From Candidatus Spongiisociaceae bacterium (GTDB taxonomy: Bacteria > Actinomycetota > Acidimicrobiia > Spongiisociales > Spongiisociaceae), in NCBI GenBank assembly GCA_965219685.1, contig CBDCOH010000002.1:2336001-2400000 (forward strand): 64,000 nucleotides of DNA, written 5' to 3'. Below the pieces are notes generated by a model, which saw only the letters and a program-made list of their open reading frames with translations, had not been told where the DNA came from and did not search any database. The translations under genes were made by a program, and so were the position numbers. How positions within the stretch are numbered: position 1 is the first letter of the stretch; each line of letters begins with the position of its first letter. Below, in pieces: positions 9,032-18,794 of the stretch.

Positions 9032-10420
9032 GTGAGTGGAGTATCGCAGAAAATCGACCGTTACGCGGTTGTTTTCGATGATGAGTCGCTGGTGGCTGAT
9101 GGGGGACTGTTGGCGGCAGCGACGTTGATAGGGCGGCTGGGTTTAGAAGCTTTGGTGGACGAGGTGGTGCGGTTGGGTAACCGACCGGGTGGCGCGAATC
9201 CGGGTCGTAAGGTATTGACTTTGGTGGCGTCAATGCTGGTGGGTGCCACTCATATTGATCATGTGGGGAGGCTGCGGGCCGGCTCCACGGGACGGGTGTT
9301 GGGGTTTGGGGTTACGGCTCCCTCCACGGTGGGTACGTTTCTACGATCGTTCACCTGGGGGCATGCACTCCAGTTGGACAAAGCCTGCGCCGAGACGCTG
9401 GGTCGGGTGTGGGCAGCGGGTGCCGGTCCCGGCGACGATGCGTTGACTCTGGATGTGGACTCGACGATCTGTGCGGTGTCGGGCAAAGCCAAAGCCGGCG
9501 CCGCCTATGGGTATACGAATGTGTTGGGTTATCACCCCCTGGTAGCAACCCGGGCCGATACGGGGGAGATAGTCGGTGCCCGCCTGCGGGGAGGGGCATC
9601 ACAGGGAGGTGTGGTCCATTTCGCCAAAGAAACCATCGGGCGTGTCCGGCGGGCCGGGGCATCAGGCAACATCACTGTACGGGCTGATTCGGGGTTCTGG
9701 TCCTATGAAATGTTCAAGACGCTGGAGGGTCTCGGAGTCGGCTGGTCGATCACCACCCCGCAGTACAACAACGTTCGCCAAGCAATAGCCGAAATAGACA
9801 AAGACGCCTGGACCAGCATCGACTACCCCCAAGGCGGGGTGGCGCAAGTCGCGGAGACAACCATCTGGGCAACACATCGCACCCGCCGCCGCGAGCGGAT
9901 GAAACTCCGCCTAATCGTACGCCGCACCCGCCTCACAGGTTCCCAACGCCAGCTGTGGCCCGACTGGCGCTACCACACCTTCGTAACCAACCCGCAGCGG
10001 CCAGCCGCCGAAGCGGACCAACACCACCACCCGAACACCGACACCGATACCGGCCAGCAGATAGTCGAAGCCGACCGATACCACCGAGCGCACGCGGTGT
10101 GCGAACTCGCCATCCGTGATCTCAAAAGCTCTGCGGGTCTCTCCCACCTACCCTCCGGCCGGTTCGCCGCCAACGCCGCATGGCTGGCCTGCGCCGCCCT
10201 AGCCCATAACATCTACCGATGGATCGGCCTCTTGGGTCGGACAGAACCCAAGGAACAACTCGTCTACGGATCAACCATCCGCGCCCGCCTCTTCGGCATA
10301 CCCGCAAGGCTCCTCAACCACAGCGGACGGCACATCCTTCGCCTACCCGCCCGCTGGCCCTGGACCAACACCTACCTGACCACCCTCGGTAACCTCCGCT
10401 CTCTTCCCCAACTCTGCTGA
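9032..10420 (+). CDS. IS1380-family DDE transposase
   Basis: LDVDST, GYHPL, VRADSGF, ELAIRDLK...LPSGRF.ANAAWL. Confidence 0.95.
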   Translation: MSGVSQKIDRYAVVFDDESLVADGGLLAAATLIGRLGLEALVDEVVRLGNRPGGANPGRKVLTLVASMLVGATHIDHVGRLRAGSTGRVLGFGVTAPSTVGTFLRSFTWGHALQLDKACAETLGRVWAAGAGPGDDALTLDVDSTICAVSGKAKAGAAYGYTNVLGYHPLVATRADTGEIVGARLRGGASQGGVVHFAKETIGRVRRAGASGNITVRADSGFWSYEMFKTLEGLGVGWSITTPQYNNVRQAIAEIDKDAWTSIDYPQGGVAQVAETTIWATHRTRRRERMKLRLIVRRTRLTGSQRQLWPDWRYHTFVTNPQRPAAEADQHHHPNTDTDTGQQIVEADRYHRAHAVCELAIRDLKSSAGLSHLPSGRFAANAAWLACAALAHNIYRWIGLLGRTEPKEQLVYGSTIRARLFGIPARLLNHSGRHILRLPARWPWTNTYLTTLGNLRSLPQLC

Positions 10421-10508
10421 ACCCACCCCACACCCACCACAACCAGAACCAACCCGCCCCCGGACCACGCACGTCTCGAACCAGCCGACACCCACCACCG
10501 AACACTTA

Positions 10509-11473
10509 GAGGCCGCGCGGATTGGTGATTTAGGGGATTCCACCAGTTGAGGTGTTGTTTCGGCTTGTATACCGAGTGCGAGTAACCCCCAACTGGTGGA
10601 GAACCTATTATGCGCGCGCTCGATCCCGAAGTGGTAGATGCTGTATGGGCGGCTTGTGAGCCGCTGATTCCCAAGCCGGCGTCGACCCATCCGCTGGGTT
10701 GTCACCGTCGGCGGATTCCCGACAGGCTGTGTTTCTGGGGGATTCTGGTGCGGTTGGTTACGGGCTGTTCATGGGTAACCGCCGAGCGGCTGTTGGGAGG
10801 TCAGGTGTCGGACACGACGTTGCGGACCCGCCGCGACCAATGGACCAAAGCCGGTGTGTTCGAGAGCCTCGAGACCGAAGCTCTAGCAGGCTATGACCGT
10901 ATTGTGGGATTGGACCTCTCAGAGGTATCGGTCGACGGGAGCCAACACAAGGCGCCTGCCGGTGGCCAAGGAACCGGGAAAAACCCCTGGTGTGCGGGGG
11001 AAACTGGGAATCAAATGGTCGATCATGGTCGACCGCAACGGTATCCCCCTCGGGTCGGTGCTGGGGGGCGCGAACCGTCACGACACCGTACTGTTCGAAC
11101 CCACTCTCCAAGCCGCCGACGACCGTGGCTTCGTGCCGGACATCGAGACACTGCACCTCGACCGCGGCTACGACAACAACCCGGTCCGGCAACTATGCGC
11201 CAGCCTGGGAATCACCGACGTGATCTGCGCCAAAAAACGCCCGCGAGGTCAAGCCAACCACACCAAGATGCCAACACCCCTCGGTATGCGCTGGACCGTG
11301 GAGCGTACGAACTCATGGCTATCCAACTACGGGCAACTCCGCCGCAACACCGACCGCAACCCCCACCACCGACAAGCCCAACTCCAGCTAGCGATCACCC
11401 TCCTACTCACCGCCAAACTCATCGACTGGCGAAACCGCTGGAGTCCCAACTCAGCCCCTATCCGCTAGCCCTC
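10509..11473 (+). mobile_element. IS5-family element nested in the IS1380 right end
   Basis: Inverted repeats GAGGCCGCGCGGATTGG / CCTATCCGCTAGCCCTC; TTA duplication at 10506-10508 and 11474-11476. Confidence 0.92.
10610..11468 (+). pseudogene. IS5 transposase split by a +1 frameshift near 10990
   Basis: First frame MRALDPEV..GTGKNP, second frame RGKLGIKWS..LDRGYD..RWTVERTNSWL; neighbouring paralog is continuous. Confidence 0.85.
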
Positions 11474-11610
11474 TTAACACCGAATCGCTCCACCCCCGCC
11501 ACACCACCCAGAACACCTCAGACCCCCCCAGCCCGCACCCAGCACCCCACCACCGCAAAATCACCCATCCCGCCATCCACCCACCAGCCCGATCGGTGGA
11601 TTCAGGCTTA

Positions 11611-12573
11611 GAGGGCGCGCGGATTGCTTAGTTGGTGGGGTTCCAGCGGTTTCTCCAGTTGATGAGCTTGATGGTGATGATCAGGGTGATGGCTAGGGCG
11701 AGTTGCGCTAGCCGGTGGTGGGTGCGGCGGTCGGTGTTGCGGCGTAGCTGCCCGTAGTTGGTGAGCCACGAGTTGGTTCGTTCGATGGTCCAGCGCATAC
11801 CGAGGGGGGTGGATAGTTTGGTGTGGTTCCCTTGGCCTCGTGGTCGGCGGCGGGCGCAGATGACGTCGGTGATCCCGGCGGCTTCGCAGAGAGCCCGTAC
11901 TGCTTTGCTGTCATAGCCCCGGTCTAGGTGCAGGGTCTCGACATCTAACAGCAGACCACGGTCGCCGACCGCTTCGAGGGTAGGTCCGAACAGGATACTG
12001 TCGTGACGGTTGGCGCCGTCGGTGGCGCAGCCAACCGGGATACCGTTGGCATCTGTGGCCAGGGACCACTTCCAGCCGGATTTGGCCCGGTCGCAGGGGT
12101 TTTTCCCGGTTCCTTGCCCACCGGACGGTGCCTTGTGCTGGCTGCCGTCAACCGAAACATCGGAAAGGTCCAACCCCACCATGCGGTCATAGGCCGCAAT
12201 GGCCTCTTCCGCCAGAGCGTCGAACACCCCCGCATCTATCCACTCGTCGCGTCGGGCCCTCAGTGTGGTATCCGACACCGCCCCACCCAAGACGTGTTCG
12301 GCGCTCACCCACGAGCAGCCGGTCACCAACCGCACCAGGATCCCCTGAAAACAGACACGATCCGGGATACGGCGACGGTGACCACCCATGGGATGGTTGA
12401 CCACCCGCTCAGGCAACAAGGCCTCCACCGCTTCCCACACCGCGTTTGCCACTTCGGGTTCCAGCGCGCGCATAATCATTCCTCCACCGGTTGGGGGTGT
12501 GTAATTGCTGCTCGGTATCAAACCCGAGATACCACCCCAACTGGTGGATTTACCAAGCTATCCGCGCACGCTC
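11611..12573 (-). mobile_element. IS5-family element, second diverged copy
   Basis: Inverted repeats GAGGGCGCGCGGATTGC / GCTATCCGCGCACGCTC; TTA duplication at 11608-11610 and 12574-12576. Confidence 0.92.
11628..12473 (-). CDS. IS5-family transposase (intact)
   Basis: SVDGS, LDRGYD, RWTIERTNSWL DDE motifs. Confidence 0.95.
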   Translation of the reverse strand: MRALEPEVANAVWEAVEALLPERVVNHPMGGHRRRIPDRVCFQGILVRLVTGCSWVSAEHVLGGAVSDTTLRARRDEWIDAGVFDALAEEAIAAYDRMVGLDLSDVSVDGSQHKAPSGGQGTGKNPCDRAKSGWKWSLATDANGIPVGCATDGANRHDSILFGPTLEAVGDRGLLLDVETLHLDRGYDSKAVRALCEAAGITDVICARRRPRGQGNHTKLSTPLGMRWTIERTNSWLTNYGQLRRNTDRRTHHRLAQLALAITLIITIKLINWRNRWNPTN

Positions 12574-12577
12574 TTAG

Positions 12578-12666
12578 CCTGAATCCACCGGCCGGGTTTC
12601 GTTGTTGGGGGTGAATAGCCGTGGAAAGTGCCTCTGACCTGGGACAATAACCGTAAGCAACAAGGG
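12578..12666 (+). mobile_element. Truncated second IS1380 left end (~89 bp)
   Basis: Near-identical to 8914-9003, then abrupt divergence. Confidence 0.9.
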
Positions 12667-12707
12667 TGGCCTTGCTACCGGGGACACATCGTCCGGGTTC
12701 GGGTGTG

Positions 12708-12747
12708 AGCCACGACCCACCAACAACCGTCCCCCCACCACCAACTA
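12708..12747 (-). repeat. Degenerate heptamer array starting at a stop codon
   Basis: Minus strand TAGTTGG TGGTGGG GGGACGG TTGTTGG TGGGTCG TGGCTCA. Confidence 0.7.
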
Positions 12748-13080
12748 GACGAGCCTCGCTACCAGGGAAGCCGGATCCCGGAACACCAGAGAACGCGGCA
12801 GCACCTCGGTTGCTCCCATTCGCCTGGCCTGCTCCAACGTATCGACGCGAACGTGCGGACCGTATGCGAGGCAGGCGACCGAGTCCGATGCAACCGCCGC
12901 TTCCACCACCTCGAAGGCCAGCGGGTGCTCGAGGTCGACGAGGACCGCCTCCAGAGTCTCGGGCAGGCGGCGGTCCTTCAGGGGAACAACCTCCCAGCCT
13001 GCCTTCCTGAGGCCGGCCTCCAGCTTCGACCTGTCCATGAGGTTGCGTGTGAGCAACCCCGCTTGCCCTCCGGTCCTCAT
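12745..13080 (-). CDS. Hypothetical protein, degenerate receiver-like fold
   Basis: VLVDL..., AYGPHV....AR..GA..VLPRS pattern; operonic overlap. Confidence 0.7.
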   Translation of the reverse strand: MRTGGQAGLLTRNLMDRSKLEAGLRKAGWEVVPLKDRRLPETLEAVLVDLEHPLAFEVVEAAVASDSVACLAYGPHVRVDTLEQARRMGATEVLPRSLVFRDPASLVARLV

Positions 13081-13487
13081 TATGTCCTCCCGGTCATCGC
13101 CGCGGCCTTGGCCGCGCCCCAGGCAAGGTGCGCCCGCCAGACCTCCTCACCCAGCTCGCGCGAGGAGGCCGGGGCCAGATGGTACAGATCGCCGGGCAGC
13201 GCGCTGCGGGACAGTTCGTCACGCGGCACCGGCGGGTAGCCCTCTGCTTGAAGCACCGCGGTAGGGAACCTCATGGCTTCCTGGAACAGTTCCAGCGGAC
13301 CCCGATCCTGCAACGGATACGGCCGGGCCAGCAAGCCCTTCAGGGCATCCTGCAACCACCTCCGCCCTTCTCCGAGGGCTTCGTCCAACCCAGCGGGCTC
13401 GCGTCCGGCTCGTTGCACCACCACGGCTCTCACGTACGCCCCGTAGGTATCGACCAGCACCTTCACAAGGTGATCGCCTGCCCTCAC
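13080..13487 (-). CDS. Conserved hypothetical protein
   Basis: Operonic position, native codon usage, PGD.Y.LAPASS..LG...W.AHLAWG..KA. Confidence 0.75.
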   Translation of the reverse strand: MRAGDHLVKVLVDTYGAYVRAVVVQRAGREPAGLDEALGEGRRWLQDALKGLLARPYPLQDRGPLELFQEAMRFPTAVLQAEGYPPVPRDELSRSALPGDLYHLAPASSRELGEEVWRAHLAWGAAKAAAMTGRT

Positions 13488-13500
13488 CGGCGAACGCCTC

Positions 13501-15765
13501 TCATCCGGTGAATACCTGGACGACCATCAGACCCAGAGGGCCCTCCAGAGCCGACACCCCCACCCGGGTGAACCGGGGATCCAGCATCGTCGCACGGTGT
13601 GACTCGGAGGACAGCAGGCCTTCGTGGACACTCGACACGGTCGGGGAGAGCGCCAGGTTCTCGCCGGCGGCGCGGAAGGGAATCCCGGAGGCACCTAGAC
13701 GATCGTCGAGGGCGCCGGCGACAGGTGAGAGGTGCGAGAAGTAGCCCTGCTCATACATCTCCCGTCCGTGCCGGACCGCCACGCCGGCTAGCGCCTCCGA
13801 CCATGCAACCGTCCCCACACCCTCCTCGATCCTGGCCTGGTTGATCTTCATGAACAGTTCCCGGGCTGAGTCGTGCTGATCCTCCAGTCCCCGCGAGCCG
13901 GTCGCCGGGAGGTCCACGAATTCGTCACCCTCTATCACCACCTGGCTCTTTCCAACCAATCGGTTGATGTTCACCAAGGACTCGAGAATCCGATCTCCCA
14001 GCAGGCGGCTAACCGCCGGAGTCACGGCCCCGTCTTCCGACATCACGATCCGGGCAGCCGTCGATCCCGACAGGACCCCTTCCAGCCGTCCGGGCAGAAA
14101 CGGAACGGCGGCGGCGAGGATCAGCAGCAGGATCGCCAGCACCGCGAACCACGCGCCCGAGGCCACCGCCCCGGCCGCCCTATCGAGGGGACGGAGCGGT
14201 GCAGGGACCCACACCAGTCTCCTCGCCAGCAGCGTCGCCACCGAAAGGACCGCCCCGAACACCAATACGGAGCCGATTACCCTGGCAGTCACGGGGCTGG
14301 TGCCGGACCAGGACTCGACCACCACGCCGACGGCGGGACCCGTGCGGTAACCCAACACCACGGCCGCCACGAAGCCGGCAAACTCCGCGACACCGCGAAG
14401 GAACCCGCGGCGGTATCCCCGGATCAGGGCAGCAAGGAGGCCCAGCCCGAGGACAAGATCGAGCATCGGATCAGTCCTTGCCGGGGAGCGAAGTCTCCGT
14501 TGCCGGCGCCTCGGTGCGTCTTCGAGGATCTCGCCTCCTTGGTCCGGGTCCTCGGGACCATCCGCGGAGTCTGCAACCCGCGAACCCTCGGCCCTTGCCC
14601 GCCGGAGCCGTTCCTTCAGGGGCTCGGGCTCGTACTCGACCAGGACAGCCTGCACGGCCTCATCCCACGACTCGCCCAACACGCGGGTCCTCCATAGGTG
14701 GCCGGCGACGATCTTGAGGACCGCAGTCACCGGGACCGCGATTAGAACCCCGAACAGGCCCCCGAGGGAACCTCCCGCCAGCAGGGCCAGGATGATGGTG
14801 ACCGGACTCAGGTGGACCGCGACCCGTAGGATGAGAGGGCTCACGAAGTGGTTGTCGAACTGCTGGATCGCGAGGAAGGCCACCGCCACCCAGATCGCGC
14901 GGAGCGGGTCACCCACGATCAGCGCCGTCGACACTCCCAGGGCGCCTCCCACCCACGGCCCGATGAACGGGACGATGTTCAGGAAGCCGGCGACCAGCCC
15001 GACGATGAGCCAGAAGGGAAGATCGAGGATCCTGAGCGCCAGGCTCGACAGCACACCGACCACCAGGGCAACCATCAGTTGCCCCCGGATGAAGCCGCCC
15101 ACCGCCTTCCCGATCTGGCGGGCCAGGTGAATGGCTTCGTCCCGGTCGGCCGCCGGAACCAGACGCTCGCCGGCCCGGCGCAAGTTGTGCGCATCCACCA
15201 GGATGTAGAAGGCCAGCACGGGCGCGAGCAGCACCACAACCGCCACCTCCAGAACCCCTCGAGCGATCTCACCCACCCGGCCGATGCCCTCGAGAATGAC
15301 CTCGCGGTTGGCAGGGTCGGCGAACCATTCGCGCAACCCGTCGGACAGTGACCCGACATCCTGGAAACTCTCGGGCAGGTTGAGCGCGGCCGCGACGTCC
15401 GACAGGCCCTGGGAAGCATCGTCGATCACCTCCGGGACATGGTCGACCAGTTCGACCGCCTGGCTACTCATCACGGGAACGATGAGGACACCGACCAGGA
15501 CCAGCAGGGCACCGAACAGCACGTAGGCGAGGCATCCGCCCGCCACTCTCGGGACCCTGTGCCTCTCGAGCCGGTCGACCAGGGGTTTGAACAGGTACAC
15601 GATGATCACCGCGAATATGAGCGGAGGCCAGATGATCCTCAACTGCAACACGATCCAAGCGAGGAGAGCCAGGACGAGGCACGCCCCCACGATGCTCCAA
15701 GCCGCTATTCCCAGCCCGCGCAGCCACTCGAACCGCCTGGTCGCTTCCCGTTCCCTACTATCCAC
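13501..15765 (-). CDS. AI-2E family transporter read through in-frame into a CvpA + CAP-domain protein (internal ATG at 14466)
   Basis: AI-2E motifs IPFIGP, QQFD....P; MLDLVL..GYRRGF (CvpA); YFSH.SP..GENLA..S.SHRA.ML (CAP). Confidence 0.85.
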   Translation of the reverse strand: MDSREREATRRFEWLRGLGIAAWSIVGACLVLALLAWIVLQLRIIWPPLIFAVIIVYLFKPLVDRLERHRVPRVAGGCLAYVLFGALLVLVGVLIVPVMSSQAVELVDHVPEVIDDASQGLSDVAAALNLPESFQDVGSLSDGLREWFADPANREVILEGIGRVGEIARGVLEVAVVVLLAPVLAFYILVDAHNLRRAGERLVPAADRDEAIHLARQIGKAVGGFIRGQLMVALVVGVLSSLALRILDLPFWLIVGLVAGFLNIVPFIGPWVGGALGVSTALIVGDPLRAIWVAVAFLAIQQFDNHFVSPLILRVAVHLSPVTIILALLAGGSLGGLFGVLIAVPVTAVLKIVAGHLWRTRVLGESWDEAVQAVLVEYEPEPLKERLRRARAEGSRVADSADGPEDPDQGGEILEDAPRRRQRRLRSPARTDPMLDLVLGLGLLAALIRGYRRGFLRGVAEFAGFVAAVVLGYRTGPAVGVVVESWSGTSPVTARVIGSVLVFGAVLSVATLLARRLVWVPAPLRPLDRAAGAVASGAWFAVLAILLLILAAAVPFLPGRLEGVLSGSTAARIVMSEDGAVTPAVSRLLGDRILESLVNINRLVGKSQVVIEGDEFVDLPATGSRGLEDQHDSARELFMKINQARIEEGVGTVAWSEALAGVAVRHGREMYEQGYFSHLSPVAGALDDRLGASGIPFRAAGENLALSPTVSSVHEGLLSSESHRATMLDPRFTRVGVSALEGPLGLMVVQVFTG

Positions 15766-16793
15766 TATGGCCCCTCGCTGCCGGCAACCCGGCGTCGCGG
15801 CGCAGCACCCTCAACCTGGTCCTCGGACTGGCTGTCGGGCGCCGGCTCCGCCGGCTCCTCGATCCCCTCCCATTGTTCCACCACTAGCTCCGAACCGGGA
15901 TCCACTTCCACTAGAAACCGGGAGGTCCCCGAGCCGTCGAACCGCTTTCCGTCCGCGCTCACCTCCCAACCCGGGCCCACCTGGACGCTCCCGGTCACCT
16001 CGACGGACGCGTCGGATGGAATTTCCATTACCAGCGCACCTGCAACGAAGACCGGAACGTCTCCGGGCGCAGGGCCAAGGCGCACCCGGCCGTCGGCAGC
16101 GACGCGGAGGGAAGTCAACCGTACGGCCGTCAGGTCGGCCTCGACACTCCCAGCGACGATGTTCACGCTCCATTCCGGCAGGGCGGAGACGGATACGTTC
16201 CAACCTGCGGATGCGAACCAACCCGGTTCGGACTCCTCCGTAATCCGCACGACGACCTCGTCGCCGGCGACCATCTCCGAACTCCGGGCCGGGGCGACGT
16301 CTCCCCCTACTCGCATCTGACCCACTTCGTAGAGCAACGTGGCGCGCCCGTCCAGGGTGACCTGACCGTCGGTGTGGAGGTCGAGAACCGCGCCGGCAAT
16401 CTGGCCTTCCGCCGGCGGGCCCGCCAGGTTGGCGGCCGACGACGGGAGCGCCTCCCAACCGGTGAGGTGCGACCCCAGTCCGACGACCAGCCACGTGAGC
16501 ACCAGGAACGGGGCTGCCGCGCCCGGCCCCTGCCGCAAGAAGGTGCGTCGATGCTTGGTCATCCTGCTTCGTAGCGCGAGCAACACCAGCGAGACTGCCA
16601 GCCCGGGCCAGAGTGAAAGGATGTCGAGAAGGACGGCTCGCATCAGCCACCCGTTGTAGGCCGCCACCACTGCGAACAGCACCGCGACCGCCAGTCCAAC
16701 CCAAACGGATGCCACCCGCAAGTTCGCCGAGCGGGCAACTCGGGACCCGGACCGGAAGCGGGGGGGCCTCCTCGTCCCCCTCGGAAGCATCAC
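15765..16793 (-). CDS. Hypothetical membrane protein (LiaF/adhesin-like C-terminal beta region possible)
   Basis: Three N-terminal TM segments with SLWP motif; start uncertain. Confidence 0.65.
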   Translation of the reverse strand: MMLPRGTRRPPRFRSGSRVARSANLRVASVWVGLAVAVLFAVVAAYNGWLMRAVLLDILSLWPGLAVSLVLLALRSRMTKHRRTFLRQGPGAAAPFLVLTWLVVGLGSHLTGWEALPSSAANLAGPPAEGQIAGAVLDLHTDGQVTLDGRATLLYEVGQMRVGGDVAPARSSEMVAGDEVVVRITEESEPGWFASAGWNVSVSALPEWSVNIVAGSVEADLTAVRLTSLRVAADGRVRLGPAPGDVPVFVAGALVMEIPSDASVEVTGSVQVGPGWEVSADGKRFDGSGTSRFLVEVDPGSELVVEQWEGIEEPAEPAPDSQSEDQVEGAAPRRRVAGSEGP

Positions 16794-17395
16794 TCGCTGT
16801 AGGACGCCCCGAGTACCACGGTCAGGGGCGCCTGGGGATCGCCACCGCCGAAGGGCGCAATGCCTGCATCGGGGACAGCCTCGGCCAGCACCTCGGCTTC
16901 CCGCCGGAATCCCTCCACGTACCAGATGACCGAGGTTTCCAACTCGTCGGGATGATTGTCGGGATCGAGGGTACGGTACCCCAGGTCGGCCAGCCGTTCT
17001 GTCAGGCGCCCCGCCAGCCCCGCTACACGAGTCGAGTTGAGAACCATCACGGTCAACCGTTCGGGACCGCGCACCGGCGGAAGCGTGGTGGTGGTTTCCG
17101 GCACAGTGGTCGTCACGCTCGCCACGGTGGAGGTACCGGCTCCGGCGGTGGTGGTCACGGCGATGGTCGTCGTCGAGCCGTCGGCGACAGTCGTGGAGGA
17201 CGCGCCGGAGGAAACCGTCCCCTGTTCATGGGTGGTCGCCACCTGCGCCTCCGGCTCCTCCGACCCGCCTCTCAGAATCCCGATGATCAGGAACGCGCTG
17301 ACAGCCACCACCACGGCAAGCATCGCCAGGAGGATCAGACGAGTCAGGTCGCGACGAAACCGGCTTCGATCCGCGGAGGCATGCCTTCCCGGCAA
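16790..17395 (-). CDS. LytR C-terminal domain protein
   Basis: TM, Thr-rich linker, V.VLNST...GLA....L...GY...LTVVLG. Confidence 0.88.
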   Translation of the reverse strand: MPGRHASADRSRFRRDLTRLILLAMLAVVVAVSAFLIIGILRGGSEEPEAQVATTHEQGTVSSGASSTTVADGSTTTIAVTTTAGAGTSTVASVTTTVPETTTTLPPVRGPERLTVMVLNSTRVAGLAGRLTERLADLGYRTLDPDNHPDELETSVIWYVEGFRREAEVLAEAVPDAGIAPFGGGDPQAPLTVVLGASYSE

Positions 17396-17451
17396 GTTAC
17401 CACCCCTGCCGTCGGAGGCCGCTGCCAGGAGCCCCGAGGTGCATGACGCGG

Positions 17452-17706
17452 CTACTCAACGGATCGGAACACGCCGGGTCGGTGTCCTGATGCAGCGAGA
17501 GCCCCGGCCCGGATCCGGCGCAGCCGCCTCACGGTCAGCGGGTCATACCGGAGAGCATCCGGCCTGTCGATCAGGTCCCTCAGGACTCGGTAGTAGATCG
17601 CCGAACTGAACCCGAGGGTCTCATATATGTTTCGGTCCTTGGGTCCCGGTAACGTCCACCACGAGCGCTCGAAGTCCAGTACGCGCTGCTCACGGGAACT
17701 GAGCAT
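17452..17706 (-). CDS. DUF3263 domain protein
   Basis: LDFERSWW..PGPK...YY..L..LID...AL.YDPLTVRRLRR. Confidence 0.9.
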   Translation of the reverse strand: MLSSREQRVLDFERSWWTLPGPKDRNIYETLGFSSAIYYRVLRDLIDRPDALRYDPLTVRRLRRIRAGALAASGHRPGVFRSVE

Positions 17707-17794
17707 GATGAGTGGAGCGTATAACGTGCGGGAGCCAGATCAGGGTATTTCGCGACCTTGCGCCACCGCCCGGCCCGCAAACCAACCTGAGACA

Positions 17795-18214
17795 TCATTC
17801 GAATGCGACGCACGCGTCCTCGACAACCAGGAGAACCGACTCCTGGGAGAACCGGCGCTTGTATTCTCCTATCATCTCGTCGATCCGGGTCGTGGCGCCG
17901 TCATCCGGCGGCGCCAGTATCACCAGTAGCTTGGACCGCTCCTTCTGTACGGCGCCCTCCGCATCCCGCCACTGGCCCTGAGCGTCGAGAGCGGTGAGTC
18001 CATCGGGGAACCGCGGGGTGACGGTCTCCCTCAGGAATGTCTCCCAGGCGGCGTCGTCCACCACCTCCCCACCGGGCCTGCTGCGTCCCATGTACAGCTC
18101 GTACCTGACGAAATGGTCCGTCCCGTCGGGACAGGGAGTCTCGTCCGAGCGGGCGCAACCGGCCGCAACCACCAGTACCAGAACCATGCCCAGCCGCGCC
18201 AGCGTTCCACTCAC
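17795..18214 (-). CDS. DUF3574 lipoprotein
   Basis: Lipobox AAGC; W..FL...VTPRFPDGLT.LDA.GQW; YK.RF.QESVL. Confidence 0.9.
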   Translation of the reverse strand: MSGTLARLGMVLVLVVAAGCARSDETPCPDGTDHFVRYELYMGRSRPGGEVVDDAAWETFLRETVTPRFPDGLTALDAQGQWRDAEGAVQKERSKLLVILAPPDDGATTRIDEMIGEYKRRFSQESVLLVVEDACVAFE

Positions 18215-18392
18215 ACCTCGCGTGCGGGAAAGGCCGGCACGGACCCGGGGTCGCGTTCTGTCCTGCGTCTCAAGGCAGACGCACCATAGTCACCCCTGGG
18301 GAGTGGCGGGTGATCAGTTTCGGGGCGGGTGGCTTCCGGTACCGGACCCCTTGCTCTGGATCACCACGGCGACGGGAGAGGGACCCGAGCGG

Positions 18393-18465
18393 AGCCGGGT
18401 ACCGGATTCGAACCGGTGACATCTTCTTTACAAGAGAAGTGCTCTACCAACTGAGCTAACCCGGC
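18393..18465 (-). tRNA. tRNA-Thr (anticodon TGT)
   Basis: GCCGGGT/ACCCGGC acceptor, CTTCT-CTTGTAA-AGAAG anticodon arm, GGTTCGAATCC. Confidence 0.97.
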
Positions 18466-18479
18466 CGGTTACTCCATCC

Positions 18480-18525
18480 TAGATGAATAGTTCCTAGTCG
18501 GTAGTCTGTAGTTTCTAGTTGGTGC
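18480..18525 (+). repeat. Degenerate TAGTNNN heptamers upstream of tRNA-Thr
   Basis: TAGTTCC TAGTCGG TAGTCTG TAGTTTC TAGTTGG. Confidence 0.8.
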
Positions 18526-18794
18526 TCGACGGTTAACGTTAGATCGAGTCATCTGCCATCCTCCATAGCACGGTTCGGGTATCAAGTTTGCGCTGCGGGT
18601 GGCTCTTCACGAAATGGCAGCCCCGGGGTCCGAGTCCAGAACCAGGGGTATACCAGCTATAAATGCATAGTACAGCGTTGTGTAGCGTTCATAGAGTAGG
18701 GTCGCTTGTGGTCAGATCCCTTGGAACTACTCGTGTAGTTGTCGCTCGCGCTGAGGCACCGGCCAGTCGGGCAACTCCCGACACGTGCCGCCGG

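Larger units (their letters stand above)
8914..11606 (+). mobile_element. IS1380-family element with a nested IS5
   Basis: Terminal inverted repeats CCTGAATCCACC / GGTGGATTCAGG; CTTAG flanks. Confidence 0.92.

Noticed and set aside
10970-11005. Programmed -1 frameshift in IS5 at GGGAAAAAC
   Set aside because: Joining the two ORFs needs +1 and the paralog is continuous, so a mutation or error is more likely
5470-12700. Prophage or integrative element at tRNA-Arg
   Set aside because: No integrase, no duplicated tRNA 3' end and no phage genes seen; treated as a decayed insertion hotspot
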